Source: Eledone cirrhosa (Eukaryota). From it: a DNA stretch of 64,000 nucleotides. Shown here in pieces: positions 12,103 to 23,975 of this stretch. The stretch covers positions 50,344,001 to 50,408,000 of the forward strand of contig OZ024744.1 in the NCBI GenBank assembly GCA_964016885.1, read 5' to 3'. Both the position numbers and the translations under genes were made by a program. Positions within the stretch are counted from its first letter, which is position 1. Every line of letters starts with the position of its first letter. Under the pieces are notes generated by a model that saw nothing but the letters and a program-made list of their open reading frames with translations, was not told the origin of the DNA and did no database searches.

Positions 12103-14475
12103 TTACAGACACATACTCAGAGAAGGCCCATTCACTCGGGCCATACTTGCTTCTCTCACCCATCTTTCAACAAAATGCTGGGAAGAGAGCACCTCCCTCT
12201 CTACCCTGATTTTCCTTTTCAAATGAAATTTGAAAAAGTTAATCAGGGCATCTCCGAAGAGGTAAGTGCTCGTCTTCAGCCCTTTCAAACGTGTCCACCA
12301 TACTATCTCTTTCGCCATGGCCACCAGACAGATAAAAACTGCCTGCCCTTCCAGGCTAAAGGAAGGGGGCGGGGCAATCCTCACGATGGACTCAGCTGAT
12401 AGCTGGATCCGTCCTACACGTGACAGCAGGTGTTCGACATAAACCCACAAGTCAGCAATGCTCGGACACTGGACGAGTGCGTGCAGGACGGTTTCGTCGC
12501 CCTGCGCGCATCTCGGACATGCCCGGCTGACGGCACCTCCATGCCTGTAGAGTTTATCCCGAACTGGCAAAGCTCCTCGGTAGCACTGCCAGGCCAGGGA
12601 TTTCTGGAAGTTGTCCATAGGCCCCGGCCCGAAAGTCCTTCCGAAGAGATTGGCTAGTTGATTTTCGTCGACGCCTAGAGTTTCTCCAAGTACGTCGTCG
12701 CTCTTCCCCTCCACTAATCCCCTATAGAACGCCAATGTGGAGTTTCCACCGATCACATTGCCCGATTGGTCGAGGGCTGTGAGCGCCTGAAGACATTCCA
12801 GTCTCCAAGCGCTCCCTCTCGGTCTTCGCTTGACCAAGGACTGCAGCTCCGTCAAGGAGATGAGCTGGGGAAAAACGTGTCTTGCAAACGGCGACCACAC
12901 CTGATCACCGTCGAGGAAGAGGTGGAGATGTCGTAGCCTGAGCGCGTGTCTGCGCATCATCAGCCACGGCATGCCCAGCCCTCCACGTAGCGGGTGTTGA
13001 CAGCAGATGGACCGCCTGACCATCGGAGCGCGTCCCTTCCACAAGAAGCGAAAGAGCAAACGCTCCAGCGCAGTCAGGGGGGGCTTAGGACCAGGTACGA
13101 CGGTCAGGCGGTAGTAGATGACGGATGCGATGTACGCATTCGCCACCTCCGCTCGACCTTTCAGGGATAGCTTCCTCTCGGCCCATTTCTGGGTGAGAGA
13201 AGCCACCCTGCTCGTCACCTCGTCCCAGTTTTTGTCCGTCTGGAGGTCTGGACCGAACCAGACCCCTAGCAATTTAACCGGTCCGTCCGTCCAGCGCCCG
13301 ACGACGCTGTTGGACGGCATGGACCTGCCTCTCCAGGTGCCGAGCTGCAGGCCCACTGACTTTTCCTGGTTGATCATTGCTCCTGTCACCGCTTCGTATT
13401 CTCTTAGTGTAGTGCCGATCGCCTCGATGTGTTTGGCGTTCGACACCACTACGGTGACATCGTCGGCATATGCTGACACGGATCTTCCGCATCCTAGTTC
13501 GCGCGGGACCCCCCTCAACGTCTCCAGTTTGTGCAGTAATGGCTCGAGAGTCAATACGTACAATAGGGACGAGAGGGGACATCCTTGGCGGACCGAGCGC
13601 ATGATGTTGAACGGTTCCGAAAGGTGACCGTTCACTCTCACTACAGAGCAGATGTCGCTGTGCATGGCAGCGATCCAGCCTCTGAAGGCGGGCCCAAAGC
13701 CAGCCGCCCTCAGGACTGCCGCTAGGTAACGATGGTCGACCCTATCGAAGGCTTTCGACTGATCTAAATTGATCAAAGACCCACCCGTGCCAGGTTCCCT
13801 AGCTACCCTCTCTACGATGTATCGCATGAGGTGGAGGTTGTCGTGGATGGATCTGTCGGGAATGGCGCATATCTGTGCCTCTCCCACCAGACCACCAACG
13901 ACAAGCGCCAACCTCTTTGCTAGCACCTTGGCCAAAATCTTGAACTCTGTGTTTAGCAGAGTTATGGGCCTAAAATTATCTATGTTATCCCCCTTGTTCG
14001 GATCCTTTCTCAGCAGCGCCACCGCTCCTCGGCTCACAGAGCTGGGAATTCTCCCGTTCTGTTGCCAGTTGCAGTAAACGTCCGCCAAGAGGCCTCCGAA
14101 CAAGTTTGGCATTTGTACGTAAAGTTCATAGGGCAGACCATCCAAACCAGGCGATTTACCCCTTGTGCAACTAGTCATTGCCTCCCGTACTTCAGCGGTT
14201 GTTATCGGCTTTTCGCAACACTCCGCCTCAGTGGCCGAAAGCCGCGGCAGTCCGTCGAGGTAGACACTAAAGTCCATCCCTCGATCCGGCCCGCCACTGC
14301 CCCCGAACAGTTGAGCGAAGTGTCGCTGAAAAGCTTCACACATTTGCCCGGGATCGAGTAGCATGCGCCCGTCGTGGTCCACCAAAGACCGGATCGTGGC
14401 TTTGTTGCCACGACGCGCCTCCGCCACTCGGGCCCATTGAACGGCTTTCGTCCCCTCGTGTCTGAGAGCACGCAC
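12103..14475 (-). CDS. Tx1 reverse transcriptase plus C-terminal zinc finger (continuation of ORF2)
   Basis: KSPGLDG, NFRPITLLN, LDQSKAFDRVDH, RQGCPLS, YADD, CPRC..ETVLHALVQC; this frame is open upstream to about 14703. Confidence 0.95.
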   Translation of the reverse strand: MRALRHEGTKAVQWARVAEARRGNKATIRSLVDHDGRMLLDPGQMCEAFQRHFAQLFGGSGGPDRGMDFSVYLDGLPRLSATEAECCEKPITTAEVREAMTSCTRGKSPGLDGLPYELYVQMPNLFGGLLADVYCNWQQNGRIPSSVSRGAVALLRKDPNKGDNIDNFRPITLLNTEFKILAKVLAKRLALVVGGLVGEAQICAIPDRSIHDNLHLMRYIVERVAREPGTGGSLINLDQSKAFDRVDHRYLAAVLRAAGFGPAFRGWIAAMHSDICSVVRVNGHLSEPFNIMRSVRQGCPLSSLLYVLTLEPLLHKLETLRGVPRELGCGRSVSAYADDVTVVVSNAKHIEAIGTTLREYEAVTGAMINQEKSVGLQLGTWRGRSMPSNSVVGRWTDGPVKLLGVWFGPDLQTDKNWDEVTSRVASLTQKWAERKLSLKGRAEVANAYIASVIYYRLTVVPGPKPPLTALERLLFRFLWKGRAPMVRRSICCQHPLRGGLGMPWLMMRRHALRLRHLHLFLDGDQVWSPFARHVFPQLISLTELQSLVKRRPRGSAWRLECLQALTALDQSGNVIGGNSTLAFYRGLVEGKSDDVLGETLGVDENQLANLFGRTFGPGPMDNFQKSLAWQCYRGALPVRDKLYRHGGAVSRACPRCAQGDETVLHALVQCPSIADLWVYVEHLLSRVGRIQLSAESIVRIAPPPSFSLEGQAVFICLVAMAKEIVWWTRLKGLKTSTYLFGDALINFFKFHLKRKIRVEREVLSSQHFVERWVREASMARVNGPSLSMCL

Positions 14476-14656
14476 CCTAGCTCTGACAACGCAGCCTTCG
14501 TGCTTTGCATTGAAGAATTGGTCAAGGGCAAATTTCGCCGCAAGTACGTCGGTCGCGATGCCTTTGCTAAGCGCCTCATCTAATTTTCTAACTAATTCTC
14601 CCTCTGCTCTATTTTTCTCTATTGCTAAAGTCTTACTAAACCTAATGGACTCTATT

Positions 14657-17548
14657 CTAATTGCTCTTTTCAGAGCAAACCACCACTTGTTGTTGACGAT
14701 GGCCCCCCGTCAACGCCCGCTTAACTAGTTCGCTAATCCGGTCTCTGTAGGCCTTGCGCGCTGGTAAGGACGCGTTTAGCTTCCAGTAGCCGGGTCCTCG
14801 TCTATGAAGCCTATCTAAGTCAAGCACACAGATCACGAATTTGTGGTCCGTGTAGCTGACTATCTTGAATTGTGGACAGCCTATGCTAGACCTATCTATT
14901 TCCCTACAAAATACTCTATCTAGATATGATCTGGATGACCCTATGCGATTTGTCCAAGTCCACATTGGTACATTCGGGAAATCCATTCGGTACCTGTCAG
15001 ACAGTTCAAAACGTCTGAGCAGGTTGGTGAGACTCTTGCACCCTCCTTCCCTATCCACTAATCCCACACAATCCCAGCGTGCATCTAAGATCCCGTTCCA
15101 GTCGCCCACTAACACTAAAGAGCGGGACGTTCCAAGAAAGGTCTCCAGACGCCGGAAGAAATCAGGCCGCCCTGCTCCTGTCGGGGCATAGACGGCCACT
15201 AACCTGAAAGCTTGCCCGTCTCCGCTGGTCACGTCCAGCACCACCAACTTACCTTCTGGGTCCAGGAAGATGGCCCGTATGGCAAGATCCAAACCTCTCC
15301 GAAAAAGCACAGCAACTCCTCCCTCCGATCCCGGATGGCTGGGAGATGCGTACACATCGTAGCCGCCGAAGATCGGTGCGAAAGCCTGTGCTTCGGAGAT
15401 TCTGGTCTCGCTGATGGCCACTACATCTATGTTTAGTGACCTGAGGTCGTTGAGCAGGTGGCCCTGCTTCCATGACGACCCCAAGCCACGCGCATTTATG
15501 CTGCCTATTCTGAGTGAGGTCATGTTGAAAAGGAGTGGAAAAGATGGGAAAGACCACTTACCTTCTCGTAGGGGAAGGACGGTTTTTCCATCCTTTTCAC
15601 TGCTTGTGGCCTCCTCAGGAAGAATGTCCTTATAAATCCTCCTGGAGAGTGCTTGTCGGAAGTCTCCGATGTCTTTGGGGAATTTTTGTTTTAGTGTCAT
15701 GTACGTTTTCTGTGTGATGCGAGTGATTTGTATGTGTGGAGGTGGTGTGAATTTTTGGGTTGTTGTGTAGTCTTTTTCTGTGATGCTGGTGTTGTGTTGG
15801 ATGTAGTGTAATAATTGCTTGTTGTTCAAATTTAATGCTGTGTAGTGTGTATCGTTTTGGTTGTTTTGTTTTGTTTGCGTTTGTTGTGGGTTTGTTTCTG
15901 TTTCGCATTTTGGTGACTTTTGTGGTGTAGGTGATGGTGGTGTTGGAGTTAATGATGGTGATGGTGTTGGTGTTTGGGTTGATGGGGTTGGTGATGCTGG
16001 TGTGGATGGTTGCATATCTGTCCTAACTTTTTTGTTTCTTAGTTTATTTGTTTCCCTCTGTATTTTGTTTTTGGAGGGGGAAGGAAGAGAATTTTTTCTT
16101 TTTTGGTTTCTTTTTTTTTTTTCGGATATCGTTTCCCACTCCTCGTCGTCACAATCTGTCTCCAGTTGTGATAGGCCGGGGAGTGGAAAATCCTCCACAG
16201 CCGTTAGTTTTGGTTGTGATGTGGTGGATGGTGTAGGCGCTGGTGCTAGTTCTGAAGCGTTGGGTGGTGGTGGTGTTGGTTTTGCTGGTGGTGGTAGTGG
16301 TGTTGGTTTTGCTACTGTTGCTGGGGTTGTTGCTGTTTTAGTTGCTTCTGTTGTTGCTGCTACAGTTGTTGCTGCCATCTCTGCTACTGGTGGTGTTGAT
16401 GGTTGTGTCACTGGGGTGGGTAGGAGAGGTGGCCTCAACCTTTTAGCCTGAGGGCAGAAAGCCCTTAGGTGGGTTCCTTCACCACAAACGACACACCTAG
16501 GTCTTCTGCCCTCGACAATTACCGTGAGGTGGCTGCCGTCAGTGAGGTCTATTACCTCTGGGATCTCCTCAATGCTTTTTTGGTCCGCTTGGATCAGGAG
16601 CTCCATCCCAGATCCGGACCAGTTTTCCTGCTTTTCTTTTGCTATTGCTATTATTTTCGTGTTGGCCTCGATGCCGGCGAGGACAGCCGCTATTAGCCAG
16701 GGAATTTCGATGGCCGGTGGAACGTGGGTCACCCTGATCTTTACGAGTCTCTGGCCACAATAGCTTGGGACGAGTGTGAAGTCGTCACTTTTTAATGGGG
16801 CCATGGAGTGTTCTCTAGCCTCCTCTGGTGTTTCAAAGAACACATCCACGGTTCCATACTTTTGCCCACGTCTGATGTGGGTTTTTCTTGCCCACACATG
16901 TCCCAAAGCTTTTTGGATTTGGGACTCGGATGCCCGTTCCACTCGGCGCGATTTTACATTTATTGTTCTATACGACACGGTGCATAGGCGCCGATGCTCC
17001 ATTTTATTAGGTGGGGGGTGAGGCTGACCCTGTACCCATCTTTTTTTACCATTTGTTTGGCATTTTCTAAATCTTCCTGAGTTACCGTGAATGCTTCGAA
17101 TTGTTTTGCTACTCTGGCGAAACTGAGGTGGGGGGTTTATAATGTCATTGTTGTTGTTGTTGCTATCGTTATTTGTGTTAATATTAATTTTAGTTTCAGT
17201 TGTGGTGGTGGCGACGTCAGTCGTCTTTGGTGCGGAAGAGTCCATTTTGCTTGATTTCATTTCGACATCACGAGTTAATTTATTTTTTTCTTCTTTTGTT
17301 TCTGTTGTCGCGGTGGTGGTAGGGGTGGGGGTTGTCGCGGTGGTGGTGGTGGTGGAGGCTTTAACACCTGCAGTCATTGGTAATGGCGGGAAATGAATGT
17401 CTGCCTGAGACAAATTTAAAATATTGCTACTGCTTATATTTTTTTTTGTGTTGGCAAACGTAGTAACATTTACAATGGTGGTGTCGGTGTGAGGTGTTAA
17501 TTTGTGAGGAAGGCTTTCAGCTGCTTGTTGCAGAGGGGAATTAGCCAT
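14657..17548 (-). CDS. Tx1 ORF1 (gag-like, CX2CX4HX4C) in frame with APE endonuclease
   Basis: CVVCGEGTHLRAFC; then GSINARGL, ISETR, AVYAP, LVGDWN, SYLDR, YTDH, WKLN; frameshift in G6 run near 14703-14708. Confidence 0.9.
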   Translation of the reverse strand: MANSPLQQAAESLPHKLTPHTDTTIVNVTTFANTKKNISSSNILNLSQADIHFPPLPMTAGVKASTTTTTATTPTPTTTATTETKEEKNKLTRDVEMKSSKMDSSAPKTTDVATTTTETKININTNNDSNNNNNDIINPPPQFRQSSKTIRSIHGNSGRFRKCQTNGKKRWVQGQPHPPPNKMEHRRLCTVSYRTINVKSRRVERASESQIQKALGHVWARKTHIRRGQKYGTVDVFFETPEEAREHSMAPLKSDDFTLVPSYCGQRLVKIRVTHVPPAIEIPWLIAAVLAGIEANTKIIAIAKEKQENWSGSGMELLIQADQKSIEEIPEVIDLTDGSHLTVIVEGRRPRCVVCGEGTHLRAFCPQAKRLRPPLLPTPVTQPSTPPVAEMAATTVAATTEATKTATTPATVAKPTPLPPPAKPTPPPPNASELAPAPTPSTTSQPKLTAVEDFPLPGLSQLETDCDDEEWETISEKKKRNQKRKNSLPSPSKNKIQRETNKLRNKKVRTDMQPSTPASPTPSTQTPTPSPSLTPTPPSPTPQKSPKCETETNPQQTQTKQNNQNDTHYTALNLNNKQLLHYIQHNTSITEKDYTTTQKFTPPPHIQITRITQKTYMTLKQKFPKDIGDFRQALSRRIYKDILPEEATSSEKDGKTVLPLREGKWSFPSFPLLFNMTSLRIGSINARGLGSSWKQGHLLNDLRSLNIDVVAISETRISEAQAFAPIFGGYDVYASPSHPGSEGGVAVLFRRGLDLAIRAIFLDPEGKLVVLDVTSGDGQAFRLVAVYAPTGAGRPDFFRRLETFLGTSRSLVLVGDWNGILDARWDCVGLVDREGGCKSLTNLLRRFELSDRYRMDFPNVPMWTWTNRIGSSRSYLDRVFCREIDRSSIGCPQFKIVSYTDHKFVICVLDLDRLHRRGPGYWKLNASLPARKAYRDRISELVKRALTGGHRQQQVVVCSEKSN

Positions 17549-17784
17549 TTTTTTTTCAAAGAAATTTTTTGATAATAATAAAAGTTAAAATTTTGGGCAC
17601 AAGGCCCCAATCTTTTTGGGTGTCCTTTTCGGAAAACAATGTATGTGTGCTTATAAACAGTTAACAATAAAATTTTCCATAGATGGCAATTTTTAACAAA
17701 CGGAAATAACAAACCTTTGCGGAGCTCACGATGATACGATTTACTACGTAGGTCGCCAATAATAATAATAATAATAATAATAAT

Positions 17785-17840
17785 TGTTTCTACTTTAGGC
17801 ACAAGGCCAGCAATTACCCAGTGCATTACTGGTACTTTAT
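17785..17840 (-). mobile_element. 56-bp 3' fragment of Meta-like SINE between the two Tx1 copies
   Basis: tgtttctactttaggcacaaggccagcaattacccagtgcattactggtactttat, with (AAT)n on both sides. Confidence 0.85.
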
Positions 17841-17855
17841 AATAATAATAATAAT

Positions 17856-20800
17856 ACTTTCTTTATTAACCACAAGGGTTTACATAAAGTAGACATTAAG
17901 GACAGTACAGGACAATACAGGGCGGTACAAATGGGCATTTCTGCGTGTAAAAAAACAAAAAACAGAGGATGTAACAAAAAATAACAATGAAAAATTCCCC
18001 AATAGGGTGGAGACTTCCGAGGGACATTTGTGGAGAAAGCCCATTAAAAGGCCACAGTGACCCTCACCACCAGGGCAAGTGCCCTCTCCCAGTTTTCCAC
18101 CTTTAATTTACAGACACATACTCAGAGTAGGCCCATTCACTCGGGCCATTCTTGCTTCTCTCAACCATCTTTCAACAAAATGCTGGGAAGAGAGCACTTC
18201 CCTCTCTACCCTGATTTTCCTTTTCAAATGAAATTTGAAAAAGTTAATCAGGGCATCACCGAAGAGGTAAGTGCTCGTCTTCAGCCCTTTCAAACGTGTC
18301 CACCATACTATCTCTTTCGCCATGGCCACCAGACAGATAAAAACTGCCTGCCCTTCCCGGCTAAAGGAAGAGGGCGGGGCAATCCTCACAATGGACTCAG
18401 CTGATAGCCGGATCCGTCTTACACACAACAGCAGGTGTTCGACATAAACCCACAAGTAAGCAATACTCGGACAATGGACGAGTGCGTGCAGGACGGTTTC
18501 GTCGCCCTACGCGCATCTCGGACATGCCCGGCTGACGGCACCTCCATGCCTGTAGAGTTTATCCCGAACTGGCAAAGCTCCTCGTAGCACTGCCAGGCCA
18601 GGGATTTCTGGAAGTTGTCAATAGGCCCCGGCCCGAAAGTTCTTCCGAAGAGATTGGCTAGTTGATTTTCGTCGACGCCTAGAGTTTCTCCAAGTACGTC
18701 GTCGCTCTTCCCCTCCACTAATCCTCTATAGAACGCCAAGGTGGAGTTTCCACCGATCACATTGCCCGACTGGTCGAGGACTGTGAGCGCCTGAAGACAT
18801 TCCAGTTTCCAAGCGCTCCCTCTCGGTCTTCGCTTGACCCAGGACTGCAGCTCCGTCAAGGAGATGAGCTGGGGAAAGACGCGTCTAGCAAACGGCGACC
18901 ACACCTGATCACTGTCGAGGAAGAAGCGGAGATGTCGTAGCCTGAGCGCGTGTCTGCGCATCATCAGCCACGGCATGCCCAGCCTTCCACGTAGCGGGTG
19001 TTGACAGCAGATGGACCGCCTGACCATCGGAGCGCGACCCTTCCACAAAAAGCGAAAGAGCAAACGCTCCAGCGCAGTCAGGCGGGGCTTAGGACAAGGT
19101 ACGACGGTCAGGCGGTAGTAGATGACGGACGCGATGTACGCGTTAGCCACCTCCGCTCGACCTTTCAGGAATAGCTTCCTCTTTGCACATTTCTGGGTGA
19201 GAGAAGCCACCCTGCTCGTCACCTCGTCCCAGTTTTTGTCCGTCTGGACGTCCGGACCGAACCAGACCCCTAGCAATTTAACCGGTCCGTCCCGTCTGTC
19301 CAGCGCCCGACGACGCTGTTGGACGGCATGGACCTGCCTCTCCAGGTGCCGAACTGCAGGCCCACTGACTTTTCCTGGTTGATCATTGCTCCTGGCACCA
19401 TTTCGTATTCTCTTAGTGTAGTTCCGATCGCCTCGATATGTTTGGCGTTCAACACCACTACGGTGACATCGTCCGCATATGCTGACACGGATCTTCCGCA
19501 TCCTAGTTCGCGCGGGATGCCCCTCAATGTCTTCAGTTTGTGCAGTAATGGCTCGAGAGTCAATACGTACAAGAGGGACGAGAGGGGACATCCTTGGCGG
19601 ACCGAGCGCATGATGTTGAACGGTTCCGAAAGGTGACCGTTCACTCTCACCACAGAGCAGATTTCGTTGTGCATGGCAGCGATCCAGCCTCTGAAGACGG
19701 GCCCAAAGCCAGCCGCCCTCAGGACTGCCGCTAGGTAATGATGGTAGACCCTATCGAAAGCTTTCGACTGATCTAAATTGATCAAGGACCCACCCATGCC
19801 AGGTTCCCTAGCTACTCTCTCTACGACGTATCGCATAAGGTGGAGGTTGTCGTGATGGATCTGTCGGGAATGGCGCATGTCTGCGCATCTCCCACCAGAC
19901 CACCAACGACAAGCGCCAACCTCTTTGCTAGCACCTTGGCCAAAATCTTGAACTCTGTGTTTAGCAGAGTTATGGGCCTGAAATTATCTATGTTATTCCC
20001 CTTGTTCGGATCCTTTCTCAGAAGCGTCACCGCTCCTCGGCTCACAGAGCTGGGGATTCTCCCGTTCTGTTGCTAGTTGCAGTAGATGTCCGCCAAGAGG
20101 CCTCCGAATAAGTCTGGCATCTGTACATAAAGTTCATAGGGCAGACCATCCAAACCAGGCGATTTACCCCTTGTGCAGGCAGTCAGTGCCTCCCGTACTT
20201 CAGCGGCTGTTATCGGCTTTTCTCAACACTCCAACTCAGTGGCCGAGAGCCGCGGCAGTCCGTCGAGGTAGACACTAAAGTCCATCCCTCGATCCGGCCC
20301 GCCGCTGCCCCCGAACAGCTGAGCGAAGTGTCGCTGAAAAGCTTCACACATTTGCCCAGGATCGAGTAGCTTGCGCCCGTCGTGGTCCACCAAAGACCGG
20401 ATCGTGGCTTTGTTGCCACGACGCGCCTCCGCCACTCGGGCCCATTGAACGGCTTTCATCTCCTCGTGTCTGAGAGCACGCACCCTAGCTCTGACAACGC
20501 AGCCTTCGTGCTTTGCATTGAAGAATTGGTCAAGGGCCAATTTCGCTGCAAGTACGTCGGTCGCGATGCCTTTGCTAAGCGCCTCGTCTAATTAATTCTC
20601 CCTCTGCTCTATTTTTCTCTATAGTTAAAGTCTTACTAAACCTAATGGACTCTATTCTAATCGCTCTTTTCAGAGCAAACCACCACTTGTTGTTGGCGAT
20701 GGCCCCCGTCAACGCCCGCTTAACTAGTTCGCTAATCCGGTCTCTGTAGGCCATGCGCGCTGGTAAGGACGCGTTTAGCTTCCAGTAGCTGGGTTCTTGT

Positions 20801-23800
20801 CTATGAAGCCTATCTAAGTCAACCACACAGATCACGAATTTGTGGTCCGTCTAGCTGACTATCTTGAATTGTGGACAGCCTATGCTAGACCTTTCTATTT
20901 CCCTACAAAATAGTCTATCTAGATATTATCTGGATGACATGATACGGCTTGTCCAAATCCACATTGGCACATTCGAGAAATCCAATCGGTACCTGTCAGA
21001 CAGTTCAAAACGCCTGAGTAGGTTGGTGAGGCTCTTGCACCCTCCTCCCCTATCCGCTAATCAACACAATCCCAGCGTGCATCTAAGATCCCGTTCCAGT
21101 CGCCCACTAACACTAAAGAGCGGGACGTTCCAAGAAAGGTCTCCAGACGCCGGAAGAAATCAGGCCGTCCTGCTCCTGTCGGGGCATAGACGGCCACTAG
21201 CCTGAAAGCTTGCCCGTCTCCGCTGGTCACGTCCAGCATCACCAACCTACCTTCTGGATCCAGGAAGATGGCCCGTATGGCAAGATCCAAACCTCTCCGA
21301 AAAAGCACAGCAACTCCTCCCCCCGATCCCGGACGGCTGGGAGATGCGTACACATCGTAGCCGCCGAAGATCGGTGCGAAGGCCCGTGCTTCGGAGATTC
21401 TGGTCTCACTGATGGCCACCACATCTATGTTTAGTGTCCTGAGGTCGTTGAGCAGGTGGCCCTGCTTCCATGACGACCCCAAGCCACGCGCATTTATGCT
21501 GCCTATTCTGAGTGAGGTCATGTTGAAAAGGAGTGGAAAAGATGGGAAAGACCACTTACCTTACTTCTCGTAGAGGAAGGATGGTTTCTCCATCCTTTCC
21601 ACTGCTTGTGGCCTCCTCGGATGTCCTTATAAATCCTCCTGGAGAGTGCTTGTCGGAAGTCTCCGATGTCTTTGGGGAATTTTTGTTTTAGCGTCGTGTA
21701 CGTTTTCTGTGTGATGCGAGTGATTTGTATGTGTGGAGGTTGTGTGAACTTTGGGGTGGTTATGTAGTCTTTTTCTGTGATGAAATATTTGTATCCTTCT
21801 TTTTATGTAGTCTTTTTCTGTGATGCTGATGTTGTGTTGGATGTAGTGTAATAATTGGTTGTTGTTCAAATTTAATTGTTTCTACTTTAGGCACAAGGCC
21901 AGCAAATACCCAGTGCATTACTGGTACTTTATTTTATCGACCCCGTAAGGATGAAAGGCAAAGTTAACCTTGGCGGGATTTGAACTCAGATCGTAAAGGG
22001 ACGTAACTATGCTGGAAACCTTGGCGTCCGACCCTCTACCGATACTGCCAATCCACCGCCCTCTGTTCAAATTTAATGCTATGTAGTGTGTATCGTTTTG
22101 GTTGTTTTGTTTTGTTTGCATTTGTTGTGGGTTTGTTTCTGTTTCGCTTGTTGGTGACTTTTGTGGTGTTGGTGATGGTGGTGTTGGGGTTAATGATGGT
22201 GATGGTGTTGGTGGTGATAGGGTTGGTGATGCTGGTGTGGATGGTGGCATAGCTGTCCTAACTTTTTTGTTTGATAGTTTAATTGTTTCCCTCTGTATTT
22301 TGTTTTTGGAGGGGGAAGGAAGAGAAATCTTTTTCTTTTTGGGGTTCTTTTTCTTTTTTTCTTTTTTCCTGATACAGTTTCCCACTCCTCGTCGCCACAA
22401 TCTGTCTCCAGTTGTGATAGGCCGGGGAGTGGAAAATCCTCCACAGGCGTTGGTTTTGGTTGTGGCGTGGTGGATGGTGGAGGCGCTAGTGCTAATTCTG
22501 GCACGGTAGGTGGTGGTGGTGGTGTTGGTTTTGCTACTGTTGCTGGGGTTGTTGCTGCTACAGTTGCTTCTGTTGTTGCTACTACAGTTGTTGCTGCCAT
22601 TTCTGCTGCTGATGGTTTTGATGGTTGAGTCACTGGGGTGGGTAGAAGAGGTGGCCTCAACGTTTTAGCCTGAGGGCAGAAAGCCTTTAGGTGGGTTCCT
22701 TCACCACAAACGACACACCTAGGCCTTCTGCCCTCGACAATTACGGTGGGGTGGCTGCCGTCATTGGGGTCTATCACCTCTGGAATTTCCTCAATGCTTT
22801 TTTGGTCCGCTTGGATCAGCAGCTCCATCCCACATCCGAACCAGTTCTCCTGCTTTTCTTTTGATATTTCAATTATTTTGGTGTTGGCCTCGATGCCGGC
22901 TAGGACGGCAGCCATTAGCCAGGGAATTTCGATGGCCGGTGGAACGTGGGTCACCCTGATATTCACGAGTCTCTGGCCACAATAGCTTGGGACGAGTGTG
23001 AAGTCTTCGCTTCTTAATGGGGCCATGGAGTGATCTCTGGCTTCCTGTGGTGTTCCAAAGAACACGTCCACGGTTCCATATTTCTGCCCACGTCTGATGT
23101 GGGTTTTTTTCGCCCACACATGTCCCAAAGCTTTTTGGATTTGGGACTCGGATGCCCATTCCACTCGGCGCGATTTTGTGTTAATCGTCCGATAAGACAC
23201 GGTGCGTAGGCGCCGATGCTCCATTTTATTAGGTGGGTGGGGGTGAGGCTGACCCTGTACTCATCTTTTTTTACCATTCTCTTGGCTTCATTAATTCCTC
23301 CTGAGTTACCTCGGTTTCGCATTTCTTGGCTGCTTTGGCAAACGACACATTTGCGGTGGTGTTGATGTTTTTGTTGTTATTCTCATTGTTGTTGTTGCTG
23401 TTGTTGTTATTGTTATTTTTAGTTTCAGTTGTGGTGGTGGTGGCGTCAGTGGTGTTCGGTGTGGAAGAGTCGATTCTGGGTGAATCCATTTCGACGTCAC
23501 AAGATAATAATTTTTTTTTTCTGTTGTCGCTGTGATGGTGGTGGGGGTGGCGGCTTTAACACCTGCAGATTTTGGTAATGGCGGGAAATGAATGTTTGCA
23601 TGAGACAAATTTAAATTATTGCTACTGCTTATATTTTTAGTGTTGGCAAATGTAGTAATATTTACAATGGTGGTGTTGGTGTGAGGTGTTAGTTTGTGAG
23701 GATGGCTGTCAGCTTGGTGTGGCTGTGAGTCGTACATGATTTTTTCAAAGAAATTCTTTTGTTTGATAATTATAAAAGTTAAATTTTGGGATCAAGGCCC

Positions 23801-23951
23801 CAATCTTTTTGAGTGTCCTTTTCCGAAAGCAATATATGTGAAGTTATAAACACTTAAAAACAAAAATTTTCCATAAATGGCAATTTGAAACAACTGAAAA
23901 CAACAAACCTTTGCGGAGCTCACGATAATACGATTTCCTACGTAGGTCGCC
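17856..23951 (-). mobile_element. Full-length L1/Tx1-clade retrotransposon, copy B (pseudogenised)
   Basis: Colinear with copy A; multiple frameshifts and stops, a 23-bp duplication near 21760-21825 and a SINE insertion. Confidence 0.95.
21877..22063 (-). mobile_element. Full Meta-like SINE inserted in Tx1 copy B with 14-bp TSD
   Basis: TSD tgttcaaatttaat at 21863-21876 and 22064-22077; single empty site in copy A near 15823. Confidence 0.92.
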
Positions 23952-23975
23952 AATAATAATAATAATAATAATAAT

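Larger units (their letters stand above)
11859..17757 (-). mobile_element. Full-length L1/Tx1-clade non-LTR retrotransposon, copy A
   Basis: gag-like zinc knuckle, APE, RT and C-terminal CCHC domains; 3' AATAAA then (TTA)n; 5' end ggcgacctacgtag matches copy B; (AAT)n on both flanks. Confidence 0.95.

Noticed and set aside
11859-23951. Tandem Tx1 copies as an assembly duplication
   Set aside because: Copies differ by many substitutions, indels and a SINE insertion with TSD
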